64,000 bases of DNA from Wickerhamiella versatilis (taxonomy: Eukaryota): assembly GCA_030867685.1 (NCBI GenBank), contig JAQOWU010000003.1, forward strand, positions 1,116,001 through 1,180,000. Reading direction: 5' to 3'. Position 1 is the first letter of the stretch; each line of letters begins with the position of its first letter. Below the pieces are notes generated by a model. It was not told the DNA's origin, did no database searches, and saw only the letters and a program-made list of their open reading frames with translations. Of this stretch, positions 9,359-19,144 are shown one piece after another. A program made the position numbers and the translations under genes.

Positions 9359-10147
9359 ATGGATTATAAGTCTCAAGGGAATGTCGCCTTTGGCCAGAAA
9401 GAGTGGACAAAGGCAGCTGAGCTATACACGAAGGCGTTGGAGCAAGATCCTAGAATGGTAGCTGCGCTTGCAAACCGTGCTGCCTGCTGGATTAAACTTG
9501 GAAGATGGGCTGATGGGCATAGTGACTGTAAAAATGGTCTTAAATATGCTGAGAAAGAGCAAAAGCTGGTTCCAAAGCTGCTGTGGCGGATGGCTATTTG
9601 TGAGCGGGAGCTTGGGCTGGATAACTCTGAGACAATTGCGAAGGGGCTTGAAGTTGCACCTGAAAACCCAGAACTTTTGCATGAATTGGAAATGGCTAGA
9701 AGCACGATTCCTATTAAGGATGTTGATGTCTTGCCTCCCCAATTCCAATCACGACAACCAGATATGCCACAACCATCCAAGCCAGTCGAGCCAGCCAAGC
9801 CAGCCAAGCCAGTCAAGCCATCAATAACCAGAAGTACAAAAATACCCAGCTTTGTCCCCCCACATAGACCCTTGACTTACTCAGGAGTAGCTGAAGCGAC
9901 TCGAGTTGCAAACGCTGAAGCGTACGACTGGTGGTATACTCTTGACCCAGAAGAATTGACCAGAGCACATCGCAATGCTGGATTGGAACCTAATACGCTC
10001 GATTATGTGAATAAAATGGTCGGAGTGCGTGGTGGATCGCAAGGAATTGCACTACTTAATGCCCTTTCAAAGTGTCCTCGCTATGAAAGTGCCAAACTCA
10101 TGGCAGATGAATCCCTCGCCAAGCAGGCAGAGTTGGCAATTCAGTAG
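9359..10147 (+). CDS. TPR co-chaperone with RPAP3-C-like domain (R2TP Tah1/RPAP3/Spag1-like)
   Basis: Carboxylate-clamp TPR (KSQGNVAF...ANRAACWIKL), Pro-rich linker, and C-terminal NAGLEP...LNALSKCPRY. Confidence 0.7.
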   Translation: MDYKSQGNVAFGQKEWTKAAELYTKALEQDPRMVAALANRAACWIKLGRWADGHSDCKNGLKYAEKEQKLVPKLLWRMAICERELGLDNSETIAKGLEVAPENPELLHELEMARSTIPIKDVDVLPPQFQSRQPDMPQPSKPVEPAKPAKPVKPSITRSTKIPSFVPPHRPLTYSGVAEATRVANAEAYDWWYTLDPEELTRAHRNAGLEPNTLDYVNKMVGVRGGSQGIALLNALSKCPRYESAKLMADESLAKQAELAIQ

Positions 10148-10331
10148 TAGCTGTTCCCTCGAAAGAAAAAAAAAGATCATATGGCATCCGCAGAGCCATT
10201 GATCGGTAATACACGATTTATAGTTTAATCGACTACATTATTTTCTCGTAACTATCTCAGATAGTCGCTCTGACGCACTTACATAACGCCGAGTGTAATC
10301 ATCATCAGATCCTGTTGAAGCCGCGAATGCC

Positions 10332-10937
10332 ATGTTTCTCGCATTGTCTCCCGTCTCGAGACGAGAGCATTTGCGTTTGCAGCTTGAGATGTTCGTAGAT
10401 GTTCAGATGCTGTGTGCTTATATGTACTATCCATCATTGTGGCGTTTCCTGGTGACCTTCATCTTACAGGCGGGAATATTGCCACATTTTTCGAACTACT
10501 ATCGAGCAATCCGACTGCCCAGGAACAGACGCATCACAATGCTTCTTCTAATGACATTATTTTTATGGAATCTTGGAGCTCATTTATGGCAACGGCCACC
10601 ACCACCTGATGCTGGTGGTCTTCTGCATGGGATCGTACTTACAGAGTTTATAGGGGTAAAGCTGGCATCTCGGGGACTTATATTAATGTTTGACGGATTT
10701 TGGTTCTTTTCCGAGCTTCTTCTATTCTGCATTGTGTATAGTGAGGAAGCTACTACAGTCGACCATGACATTCCAGAATTATTGAGTGGGGACTCTGTAA
10801 TTTGCAGTATTGACATCTGGAAAATATTATGCTCCAATTGGAACTATCGGTTGGAATTAGATGGTGAGGAATCAAACTTCGAAGAAGATCGATCCAACAC
10901 CCGACTGCTTCGATCGCCCTCAACTCAAGATGCGTGA
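10332..10937 (+). CDS. DSC E3 ligase complex subunit Dsc4/Vld1-like (DUF1746) membrane protein
   Basis: YMYYPSLWRFL...Q, NL.AHL...PPPP...LHGIVLTEFIG, LILMFDGFW pattern. Confidence 0.7.
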   Translation: MFLALSPVSRREHLRLQLEMFVDVQMLCAYMYYPSLWRFLVTFILQAGILPHFSNYYRAIRLPRNRRITMLLLMTLFLWNLGAHLWQRPPPPDAGGLLHGIVLTEFIGVKLASRGLILMFDGFWFFSELLLFCIVYSEEATTVDHDIPELLSGDSVICSIDIWKILCSNWNYRLELDGEESNFEEDRSNTRLLRSPSTQDA

Positions 10938-11155
10938 GGATGCATGCCAGATACGTTGTAAAAATACCAGGGACGCATTCTTCCTAACTTATAATTTGGT
11001 AAATATATACAGTAAATAAGGCGAAAAAGATTTATTAGTTCTCTAATTATTGCTGACCTTATGAATTATAATATATCCTAGTTCAAGGACTGTGGAATAA
11101 ATTAAATTGCTTAGATGGGAGCACATTACATTATTCGAAAAAATAGCGGTTCTCC

Positions 11156-12109
11156 TCAGTAAAAGACCCTCTCAGCCTTCTTCTGTTCTTGCTCAAAGGG
11201 TAAGTCTACCACCTGGGGTCCTAGTGTGGGGAACACATGCCCGCCAGGCTGTGGTTCCTCCTCTTTATCTTCGTCCACTACCAGTGACTCACCCTCTGGG
11301 CGGTTCGTACTAAGAGGAGCATGTGTTGTAGCATCCCAATAGTCAATAGGGGGCTCAATGACTTTGTCGGGATTCCAATCCGCAGGGGAGTCTGAACTAG
11401 CCTCCGCCGGTAGCCGGGACTTGGACAATTCATAAGATACCTCGTGCCATTCAGGGCTCGGCAATCCATCCCATGGCTTTACAGGACCGATGTAATGTAA
11501 AATACGGATATCCTTTCTGAAATGATTATAAGCTGGTTTGTACTGGTAGCCACCATTAATCGTGACATTATAAGTGAAGGGCACCCGCTTCCAGTGTCCA
11601 GCAAAGTATTCATTCAACAATCCCTGGTCAGAGCCATCGAATGAAGACCGAAAATCCAGCAGTTCCTTGTAGCACTTGTCGCTCGGCTTGAGGGAGAGCA
11701 CACCAGAATTGAAGATATCTGGCCAGCCTGAATCGGGGGCTGCCGCAATCCATCCCTCCTCTAGCGGCTCAAAAAGAGCCTCAGGGAGTACCATGGGCAG
11801 AGTATCGGCATCTAAATATACCACCTGGTCGAATGGTAGACGCCACAAAGCAACCTTTGTAGGCGCCTTTGCGAGCTCTGGACGATTCATTGACCGTAAT
11901 AGAGAGCTGTGACCAAGTGAGAACGTTTCTACGGTCTCAATTGTATTCCAAAATTGACGCAACACCGTCTTCGTAGCCTCAGAAACATCCTCTGTAACGA
12001 GGGCAACGCGATGACGCAGAGGATCCAACTTCGAGAGTCTATATCCAAGAACCTCAGCCCCGGGCAAATACGAGTCACTATACAACAGTGTAGCGTATGC
12101 TGCGGACAT
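11156..12109 (-). CDS. Glycogenin (GT8)
   Basis: AYATLL..DSYLPGA.VLG, VVYLDADT, AAPDSGWPDIFNSGV, SFDGSDQGLLN, ILHYIGPVKPW. Confidence 0.93.
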   Translation of the reverse strand: MSAAYATLLYSDSYLPGAEVLGYRLSKLDPLRHRVALVTEDVSEATKTVLRQFWNTIETVETFSLGHSSLLRSMNRPELAKAPTKVALWRLPFDQVVYLDADTLPMVLPEALFEPLEEGWIAAAPDSGWPDIFNSGVLSLKPSDKCYKELLDFRSSFDGSDQGLLNEYFAGHWKRVPFTYNVTINGGYQYKPAYNHFRKDIRILHYIGPVKPWDGLPSPEWHEVSYELSKSRLPAEASSDSPADWNPDKVIEPPIDYWDATTHAPLSTNRPEGESLVVDEDKEEEPQPGGHVFPTLGPQVVDLPFEQEQKKAERVFY

Positions 12110-12410
12110 AATGTAGATACAAAATTAGCAGGGCGTATGTGTACTCAGGATTCTGTTTTGTGGTATTAGGGTTACCTTGATACCCCGGAAGTCATTATTG
12201 AGGGGACGTCCTTAGATATCTGCTGCATGCAGTTATAAAATTAACACAGATGAATGACTCAAAACAATTTATTCATATGGATTTACATAAATACGCGACC
12301 GCAGAGTCCCCTAAGTAAAATGAAAACAGAGTATTTTTTTTCCCAATGTACCTAGAGTTGTAGCTATATTGCAATATTTATATGTATGTAAATAGTTAGT
12401 TGGGCAGACT

Positions 12411-13415
12411 TTATTTGACAGAGCCCGCAACAGATGCAGTTGCAGAGCCTGGAGTGGTTGTGGTAGTGGTAGCAGTAGTAGATACCGGCTTCTTCTTAGG
12501 GGCCTGTTCCTTGAGGGCCAGCAATTGACGGGAGCGGAAAGTTTCGTAGTGGTCCTGGGCTGTAGACTCAATGAGATCTAGAAGGTTTGTTGTGAGTAAA
12601 AAGGATCTCAATAGAGCAAATTCACAGTGATTTGGGTCCTCGACGTTGATGATGCCCCACTTGTTCCGACGTACATGCACCAAGCCGCCATCCACTTCAA
12701 CAGTCTGCTCAGAGCCCACAACGGCAAAGGGCAGATGTGCACGAACTTGCTCCGCATAATGCTGTTCCTCTGTTTCCACATCACGAGGATAGAATCTAAG
12801 CCCATGCTCTTCGAACTCGGCCTGCAGTCGAGCCTTGAATGCAGCACGCTCGTCCAGGGTCATACTATCACTTTTTGCAATCACCGGAATGACATTAGCG
12901 TTTTCTGTAAGCTTTTTGAGAACGATTATGTCCAGTGGTTTCAGGCCATGGCCGGTGGGGGCAATGAAGAAGAGAACACAGTGTACGCGAGTATCATCAA
13001 GATGCCGTTCACGCTGTGCTGTCAATTCTTTGCGAAGATAGAGAGAGTGCTGGTCCTTAATGTATTTCATTAATGGCTCCCAGCACTTCTCATTGTTCAC
13101 TTGATCACCGTAGCCTGGGGTATCAATTATTGTAAGCTGAAGACGGACATCATTTTCTTGGACCACACGAGAAACAGTCTGTATCTCAGGTGTTCGTGCA
13201 ATCGAATCTTCAGCATTATCCCGGCCAGTAGAGTCGGACAGATGTGCAGCAAACAGAGTGTTCATCAAGGTCGACTTGCCCAGTCCACTCTGGCCCACCA
13301 ACATGACATTAAACTGAAACCCACGCTTCAGAATACGTCTCTGGTACTGAGAGGTAATTGTATCAAACCCCACATAGGTCTCTGGCGTAATAGGAACCGT
13401 ACTCAAATCTGCCAT
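12411..13415 (-). CDS. CDC10: Septin Cdc10
   Basis: YVGFDTITSQ, GQSGLGKST, DTPGYGDQVNN, AKSD; no C-terminal coiled coil. ATG at 13415 preferred. Confidence 0.93.
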   Translation of the reverse strand: MADLSTVPITPETYVGFDTITSQYQRRILKRGFQFNVMLVGQSGLGKSTLMNTLFAAHLSDSTGRDNAEDSIARTPEIQTVSRVVQENDVRLQLTIIDTPGYGDQVNNEKCWEPLMKYIKDQHSLYLRKELTAQRERHLDDTRVHCVLFFIAPTGHGLKPLDIIVLKKLTENANVIPVIAKSDSMTLDERAAFKARLQAEFEEHGLRFYPRDVETEEQHYAEQVRAHLPFAVVGSEQTVEVDGGLVHVRRNKWGIINVEDPNHCEFALLRSFLLTTNLLDLIESTAQDHYETFRSRQLLALKEQAPKKKPVSTTATTTTTTPGSATASVAGSVK

Positions 13416-13463
13416 GTCTTTGTCGCGCGCGCAGGGGTGATATATTAGTAAGAAACAAGTGAA

Positions 13464-13469
13464 ACGCGT
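13464..13469. promoter_or_regulatory. MCB element upstream of CDC10
   Basis: AAACGCGTT about 50 bp upstream of the ATG. Confidence 0.4.
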
Positions 13470-13733
13470 TAAGTTCGCGGTTCGTTCTGATATAATGTTG
13501 TGAAAATTGAGGCTGGAGTAGATGAATATCATAAGTTAGTTAGCTTTTAAACCCCGAGAGGGGCATGTCTTTTGATAAAGATAGAGAACGAACGCTCATT
13601 GGGTGAACTATGAAAAAATGAGGCTTCTGGAGAATAATTCATTCTTTTGCCTGTCGAAGGAACTTTTTTTTTCTATACTGCTTGTAGATGTTGGGTATTG
13701 GACTTTTTTCTCGCCTTACTCGAAAGTCTCTTG

Positions 13734-13766
13734 GTCACGTGTAATGGGTACCCTGAAGGTATATAT
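13734..13766 (+). promoter_or_regulatory. Cbf1 site, Zap1-type zinc-responsive element and TATA-like sequence upstream of the ZIP transporter
   Basis: GTCACGTG 13734-13741; ACCCTGAAGGT 13750-13760 (fits ACCYYNAAGGT); TATATAT 13760-13766. Confidence 0.7.
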
Positions 13767-13800
13767 CGGGAAGGTACAATAACGGTTGCCTCAAACCATT

Positions 13801-14595
13801 ATGGTCTTTGATGCATTGGTTTGTTTGCTATACTTTGCCTTGAGCTTGGGCGCGGTTTATTTACCTATCTCAGGCAAGCTGCCAACGAAAGGCTTGCATC
13901 TTTTGCGTCACCTAGGCACCGGATTAATACTTTCCACTGCCTTTATGCATCTGCTTGCCCCGTCTGCAGAGGTACTTAACAAGGAATTTGCATGGGCCAA
14001 TCTCCTTTGTCTAGTCGGTATAGCATTCGAATTTTCTGGCGAAGTTATCTCAACTAAATTATCCGGGGAGGCACACCGTGAAGCGCCTTCCCTACTTGGT
14101 ACCCACGATACCAAGGGCGGTTCTTCAACCTCTGATTTTACAGCTTTGATTGCACTCGAATCAGGGGTGGTTCTCCATTCTGTGATAATTGGGTTGACAC
14201 TGGCCTTAGAGTTCCATGTGGGACTGGGAATAGCCATTGCATTTCATCAACTGTTTGAAGGATTGGGGGTTGGTGCAAGACTTATCAATCTTGATAAGCG
14301 AAAGTCATTAATTTTCGCTTTTCTTTTCGCTGCATCCACGCCATTCGGAATTGTGCTAGGAAAAATACTAAGTACTTTACTTTTGGACCATTCGGATGCA
14401 ATGAACAAGGTTTCTAGCATTTGGGATGCAATTGCTAGTGGACTGCTGATATACACAAGTTTAGTCGAATTGCTGGCAGGTGAGTTCTTGGGAGCTCCCG
14501 ATCTCGTATCTGCTCCAGCATTGGACCTGTTTCTCTCGTTCACAGCATTCGTAGTTGGCTTAGCTCTGATGTCACTCTTGGCGATTTGGGTATAG
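13801..14595 (+). CDS. ZIP-family zinc transporter (Zrt1/Zrt2-like)
   Basis: GTGLILSTAFMHLL, LESGVVLHSVIIGL, FHQLFEGLGVG, GLLIYTSLVELLA, LMSLLAIW. Confidence 0.92.
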   Translation: MVFDALVCLLYFALSLGAVYLPISGKLPTKGLHLLRHLGTGLILSTAFMHLLAPSAEVLNKEFAWANLLCLVGIAFEFSGEVISTKLSGEAHREAPSLLGTHDTKGGSSTSDFTALIALESGVVLHSVIIGLTLALEFHVGLGIAIAFHQLFEGLGVGARLINLDKRKSLIFAFLFAASTPFGIVLGKILSTLLLDHSDAMNKVSSIWDAIASGLLIYTSLVELLAGEFLGAPDLVSAPALDLFLSFTAFVVGLALMSLLAIWV

Positions 14596-14652
14596 AGGTT
14601 CGGTAGAGTATGGTAGAATAGAGCGACCATTCATTTTAAGAGCCCAGGATAT

Positions 14653-15624
14653 TCAAAATGTTCTAGTTATTAGAAAATCATCAAATTCGCCCCATTCCGC
14701 GGGAGACTCAAAAGTGCAAGCGAGATCCCCACGAGTGCAAGTTGTTCCCGACCCAAGCATATGAGGCGGTACAACAGCCATTTTTGCCATTATAAATGGG
14801 TGCCACTCGGCAAGGTGTGTCAGTAAGGCACCTGCGTGATCTGTATCATTTAAAAAATCAGGATATTCCTGATTGATAGGATCCAGCATTAATTCAAGTA
14901 GGGCTATCGACACGAAACTCGAGCGAACAACGTAAGAAGATGCGGCAAGGCCTTGAGAAGCAAGTCCAATAACGATAGATACATCAGAGGCCCTGTTAGC
15001 CCTTGAAGTAAGGGCGGACCCCTCTCCCTCCGATGGCCTAATAGGCACGGCTCGGAGCATTTCACTTTGTAGTCGTTTCTGAAGTATTTGATCCATCGCA
15101 ATATGATGGTTTAATATTCGACCGCAGCCTTGAAGGTACCAGAACCATGTTGCTTGAGGAAAAGTTACCATGGCTTGACGTAACATTCTAACATGCGCCA
15201 ACCTCAGGGCCTCTGTCGCAGGTAAATATTCTGTGGCAAAATCTTGAATGTAGCGCGCAAAAAGCCCATATCCATGGTGCTCAGCATACTGTCTGCGCTC
15301 ATCAAGAATTCGAACTAGTTCCTCCATCGGAGAATCAGCATCTAAGGGGACAAGCACGACAACCTTCAAGGCAGACTTGTACGTAGATAGATACAGAACT
15401 CTCCGTGATTTATGAATCCCACCATGAACATGCACGAGTTGTGATGTGCGATATTCTGGCAATTTTTTGAGTGCAGGCAAGACCTCTCTGGTTCTGAGAG
15501 GAACTACTGCGGTGTATCCAATATATTTAGGTTCATTATCATGAACTCTATCAGAGAGCAGCGATTGTATAACACATGTCACCGTTAGGACTGCCACAAT
15601 AACCCCTGTCCAATAAATATGCAT
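14653..15624 (-). CDS. GT34 alpha-1,6-mannosyltransferase-like protein (Mnn11/Mnn10 family), type II membrane
   Basis: N-terminal TM, RRQYAEHHGYGLF, LRQAMVTFPQATWFWYL, ALLTHLAEWHP. Confidence 0.75.
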   Translation of the reverse strand: MHIYWTGVIVAVLTVTCVIQSLLSDRVHDNEPKYIGYTAVVPLRTREVLPALKKLPEYRTSQLVHVHGGIHKSRRVLYLSTYKSALKVVVLVPLDADSPMEELVRILDERRQYAEHHGYGLFARYIQDFATEYLPATEALRLAHVRMLRQAMVTFPQATWFWYLQGCGRILNHHIAMDQILQKRLQSEMLRAVPIRPSEGEGSALTSRANRASDVSIVIGLASQGLAASSYVVRSSFVSIALLELMLDPINQEYPDFLNDTDHAGALLTHLAEWHPFIMAKMAVVPPHMLGSGTTCTRGDLACTFESPAEWGEFDDFLITRTF

Positions 15625-15785
15625 TTATGGCAAACTCCCATCACATGAAACACGCCACTTGCGCATGGTCCCAAGTGAAGCTCTAAGGCCCTTACGAACA
15701 CTAACAAAAAAAAAGCACACACACACATAAACACTTTTAGTTAGCTTCTTTTACTTTACTACATAGATCAAATTAACATTACAAC

Positions 15786-17915
15786 TTAGTCGTAGTCCGA
15801 ATCTTCGGCAACTTGTCTTACAGGCTCCTCGGCAGGTTTTGGACGTTTAGAAGCTGGTTGGTTAATAGTGTCTGATGATGTGCTGTGTCGTTTATTGTTA
15901 TTGTTGACACTACCCGCTCCATCATGATTACTGGTCGGGTCCGAAGGCTCATTCTTGGCCGAAGCACGAATTGGCTCTTGGGGGCCCGGCGAAATAACAG
16001 GAGGAGTCACAGGAGGTGCAACTTTGCTCTCGTTACTATAGTTGCCAGCCCCATTCATACCAGCACTATGAACAGGACCAGCCGGAGACTCCTTCTCGGG
16101 CTGTGGTGGTTGGACAACGTCAGGCCCACCAGCATTTTCGTCAGCTTCCTCAGGTTGTTGACGTACGGCTGTTGGTGGTTGCGGTGGTGCCGGCAATTGT
16201 GGACGAGTCAATGCTTGGCCACCATCTTGAGCTGCAGAATGCTGCAAACGAGGTGGCATCACTGGCTGCTGCAGAACTGGCATACCCTGTTCAGAAGAGC
16301 CATTCTGCTGCACAGGCGGGTGCTGATTGTTTGCACCGAGCAAAAATCCAGGGTGGTTTTGACGCATTTGCGGCGGAAGCTGTTGTATTTGTGGCTGCAT
16401 CCGTGGATTTTGCGGTTCAGGCGGCGGTGGATCATCCTGCGCTTGCGCGTCCGTAGCTTGCTGATCCTCACCTTGTTGTGATTTTTCCAGCTGGGTTTTC
16501 AAATGCTCTATCCGGGCTTCGATTTGGGTGTTTGACGGATCCAGCCTGAGTGCTCGCTGGTATGCATAGAGTGCATCTCCGATTTGCTTGTTACAGCTCT
16601 CGTAAAGAGTTCCCAAATCATACCAAGCTTCGAATATATACGGATTAAGACCAATGGCCCTGCTATACGCATCCAGCGCATCACGGTATTGTGAGATTTG
16701 ATAGTAAAGCACACCAATTGAGCACCAGAACGTTGGATTACGGGCATCACGATAAACAGCCTGCTGATACGCCTCATACGCCTTCGAATACTTTGATTGA
16801 GAGATATAGCATCGTCCAAGTAAGTACCAAGACTGTGCATCAGCGGAATCATACTCAAGACTTCTCGAGAGGAAAGCAATGGCTTGGTCATGCTGTCCTT
16901 GCTGATGGTATAGCCAACCAAGCTGCTGCAGCACCTTCGCGTGATTTGGTGATTCCTGAAGCACGCGTTCATAAGCTTGACGCGCTAAATCGAAGGAATG
17001 CTGTTGCTCATGCACACTTCCAATTTGAAACCACAGATCTGCGGCGGTCAAGGGCTGTGGTGGCTTATTTAACACGTACCAGAAGCATTCAAGAGCACTC
17101 TGGAATCGTTGCTGTTGTTTATATATAATACCCAGACGGAAGTATACCTCATGCGCCTTGTCAAATTGGGGATCCAATTCTAATACCTGCGCAAATGCCT
17201 CTTCGGCATAGTCAAGTGAACCATAGCGGTCATAGAGAATCCCAATTCCATACCAAAGCCACGGGTCGCGGCGATCTGTATGGTAAAGTGCTTGTTGGTA
17301 TGCAGAATAACTTTCACTCAGCTCATCGGTCATGAGGAAGCAATGACCTAAGGCTGCCCATGAATCTCCATCATTGGGGCTTTGCGACAGAACTGTTCTG
17401 TAGGCTTCAATAGCTTGGCTATAGGCCTCACATTGTCGGCAACAAGTGGCTAGAGAACGAAATAAATTGGCTGATTGAACATGGCACTTCAACGCGTTCT
17501 CAAAACACGTCATACCTGTCTCATACTGGCCTACATTTTCAGCAAGGCGTCCGAGATCACACCATGTCTCTCCAATAAGTAATTCCAACTGGCGCCGTAG
17601 ATCTGGTTGTTGGTTCGTCTGGGTTATGGTTGACGGGGTGGTAGCCGCAACCGCTGGTGGCGGCGGCGGCGCTGTACCGGGGCCAACTGCGGCAGTTGCG
17701 GGTATAGCAATAGGCCCCGTGGCTCCTGGAGTGTTTGAGGCCCCGGGATGGGGAGCTATCATTCCCGGAGGCACAACTTGCGGTAGTACCGGCTCCCCCG
17801 ACGACGGTCGTTCTTTGACGTCGGTTGGAGGTTGTGGAGTACCATAAGGCATATACATGGGCACTACTGGTACTTGTGGAGGCATAGCCATCCCATTTAC
17901 GCGGGGTACCTGCAT
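15786..17915 (-). CDS. CYC8: General transcriptional corepressor Cyc8/Ssn6 (TPR)
   Basis: LWYGIGILYDRYGSLDYAEEAF, AYQQAVYRDARNPTFWCSIGVLYYQISQYRDALDAYSRAI. Confidence 0.97.
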   Translation of the reverse strand: MQVPRVNGMAMPPQVPVVPMYMPYGTPQPPTDVKERPSSGEPVLPQVVPPGMIAPHPGASNTPGATGPIAIPATAAVGPGTAPPPPPAVAATTPSTITQTNQQPDLRRQLELLIGETWCDLGRLAENVGQYETGMTCFENALKCHVQSANLFRSLATCCRQCEAYSQAIEAYRTVLSQSPNDGDSWAALGHCFLMTDELSESYSAYQQALYHTDRRDPWLWYGIGILYDRYGSLDYAEEAFAQVLELDPQFDKAHEVYFRLGIIYKQQQRFQSALECFWYVLNKPPQPLTAADLWFQIGSVHEQQHSFDLARQAYERVLQESPNHAKVLQQLGWLYHQQGQHDQAIAFLSRSLEYDSADAQSWYLLGRCYISQSKYSKAYEAYQQAVYRDARNPTFWCSIGVLYYQISQYRDALDAYSRAIGLNPYIFEAWYDLGTLYESCNKQIGDALYAYQRALRLDPSNTQIEARIEHLKTQLEKSQQGEDQQATDAQAQDDPPPPEPQNPRMQPQIQQLPPQMRQNHPGFLLGANNQHPPVQQNGSSEQGMPVLQQPVMPPRLQHSAAQDGGQALTRPQLPAPPQPPTAVRQQPEEADENAGGPDVVQPPQPEKESPAGPVHSAGMNGAGNYSNESKVAPPVTPPVISPGPQEPIRASAKNEPSDPTSNHDGAGSVNNNNKRHSTSSDTINQPASKRPKPAEEPVRQVAEDSDYD

Positions 17916-19144
17916 TCTTTCCGCTGGTCCCCCGCCTTCAGCCTGCTCAGTCGAGGGGGTACGGGGATGACACGTTGCGTAAGCGGTTATTTGAGGTTAG
18001 GGGGGTCGTTTTAGGGTCTCTTTTGTGTCAGCGGTGTCTGATTACGAGTGGGAAGTCGCCATTTGCTCCGAGGCAGCTCGGAAAAAAATATGATCTCCGA
18101 TTTTGGTTTTGATTTTATTTGTGGTGCTCAGCAGAGCACTATATGGCTACAGGTACTACTCAACGATCAAGCATCTGCATATGCCCAATGTCGCAGCTGT
18201 GTATGCGAGGCCTTTGGATCACATAAGCAGGCACAACGACAAGGGTAAGGGTGCTCGTCAGCTCTTTTAATTTGGTGACTTTAGCCAGGTGGCTCTGAGT
18301 ACTCTTGATCTTGCACGTGACTCCTTGTAAAGTTGCTTCTATCACTGTATTTCCTCGAAGCCGCAGCATTGGGGAAGGTAAAGATACGACATTATTAAAA
18401 TAAGTTTTAATTCTACGAAATTGAGTGTTGATAAATTTACATGTTTCATGTCTATCGTGCCGTGTGAGACGATCTAAAACTGACGGGGGGTGTTCTCCAA
18501 TGAGTTATTTTTATTTTTTGCTATAGGCATCTATAATCTCTTTTCTCCCTTTATATTTTCTTTTAGTTATTTAGTATGTTTTTTTAGATATGTCAACAAA
18601 AACAAACGCTGTTTAGTTCTGGGAAACGGAATTTTTAGCTTGCGGATAAACGCATAAGCTATAAATAAACCTCAGCTCATTAAACCACATGAGGACCAAA
18701 CCTGATCCATTTCCTTACTAAATTGCAGCATTATTCTTAGAGTTCTATACTGTTTTACCAGGTAACCCGCATATTATCTACTCAGACCATCTACTGTAGT
18801 CCTAATGAGAGCTCAAGCTACGCAGTGGAATTCGATAACATGATACAATTTATTAGCTGCTCCCAGTAATTTTCACGATCCATATCTATTCTTTCCCTAG
18901 CATATATTGATAAACAGTGTCCAACTGCTACGTATATATGCTTAAGACGATTAGAGGTAATACAGCTTATGGCACCTAATGTTGTAAAACTAATTAGGCA
19001 GAACTACAAATTCTGGTTGCAGCTAAGCTAAATATGGCAGCATTTTGCATTGCATAGTAGTAAGTGATCCATAAAGGGGATTCTTTATGGATCTATTGAG
19101 AGTTGTCCGAGACTTGCATCATTATCGCCCTAACCCAATGGTCT

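Noticed and set aside
13416-13532. N-terminal extensions in the ORF track (CDC10, ATS1, HSP31, CLF1, AP-1 mu and others)
   Set aside because: They mostly rely on GTG/TTG starts, or on an upstream ATG ahead of the conserved N-terminus; downstream ATGs fit the families better.
18314-18600. CACGTGAC near an AT-rich tract as a possible point centromere
   Set aside because: The AT-rich stretch is not adjacent and there is no CDEIII; more likely a Cbf1 site in the CYC8 promoter.
18630-18661. AATTTTTAG followed by a hairpin, resembling an snRNA Sm site plus 3' stem-loop
   Set aside because: Non-canonical Sm site, and no U1/U2/U4/U5 signature upstream.
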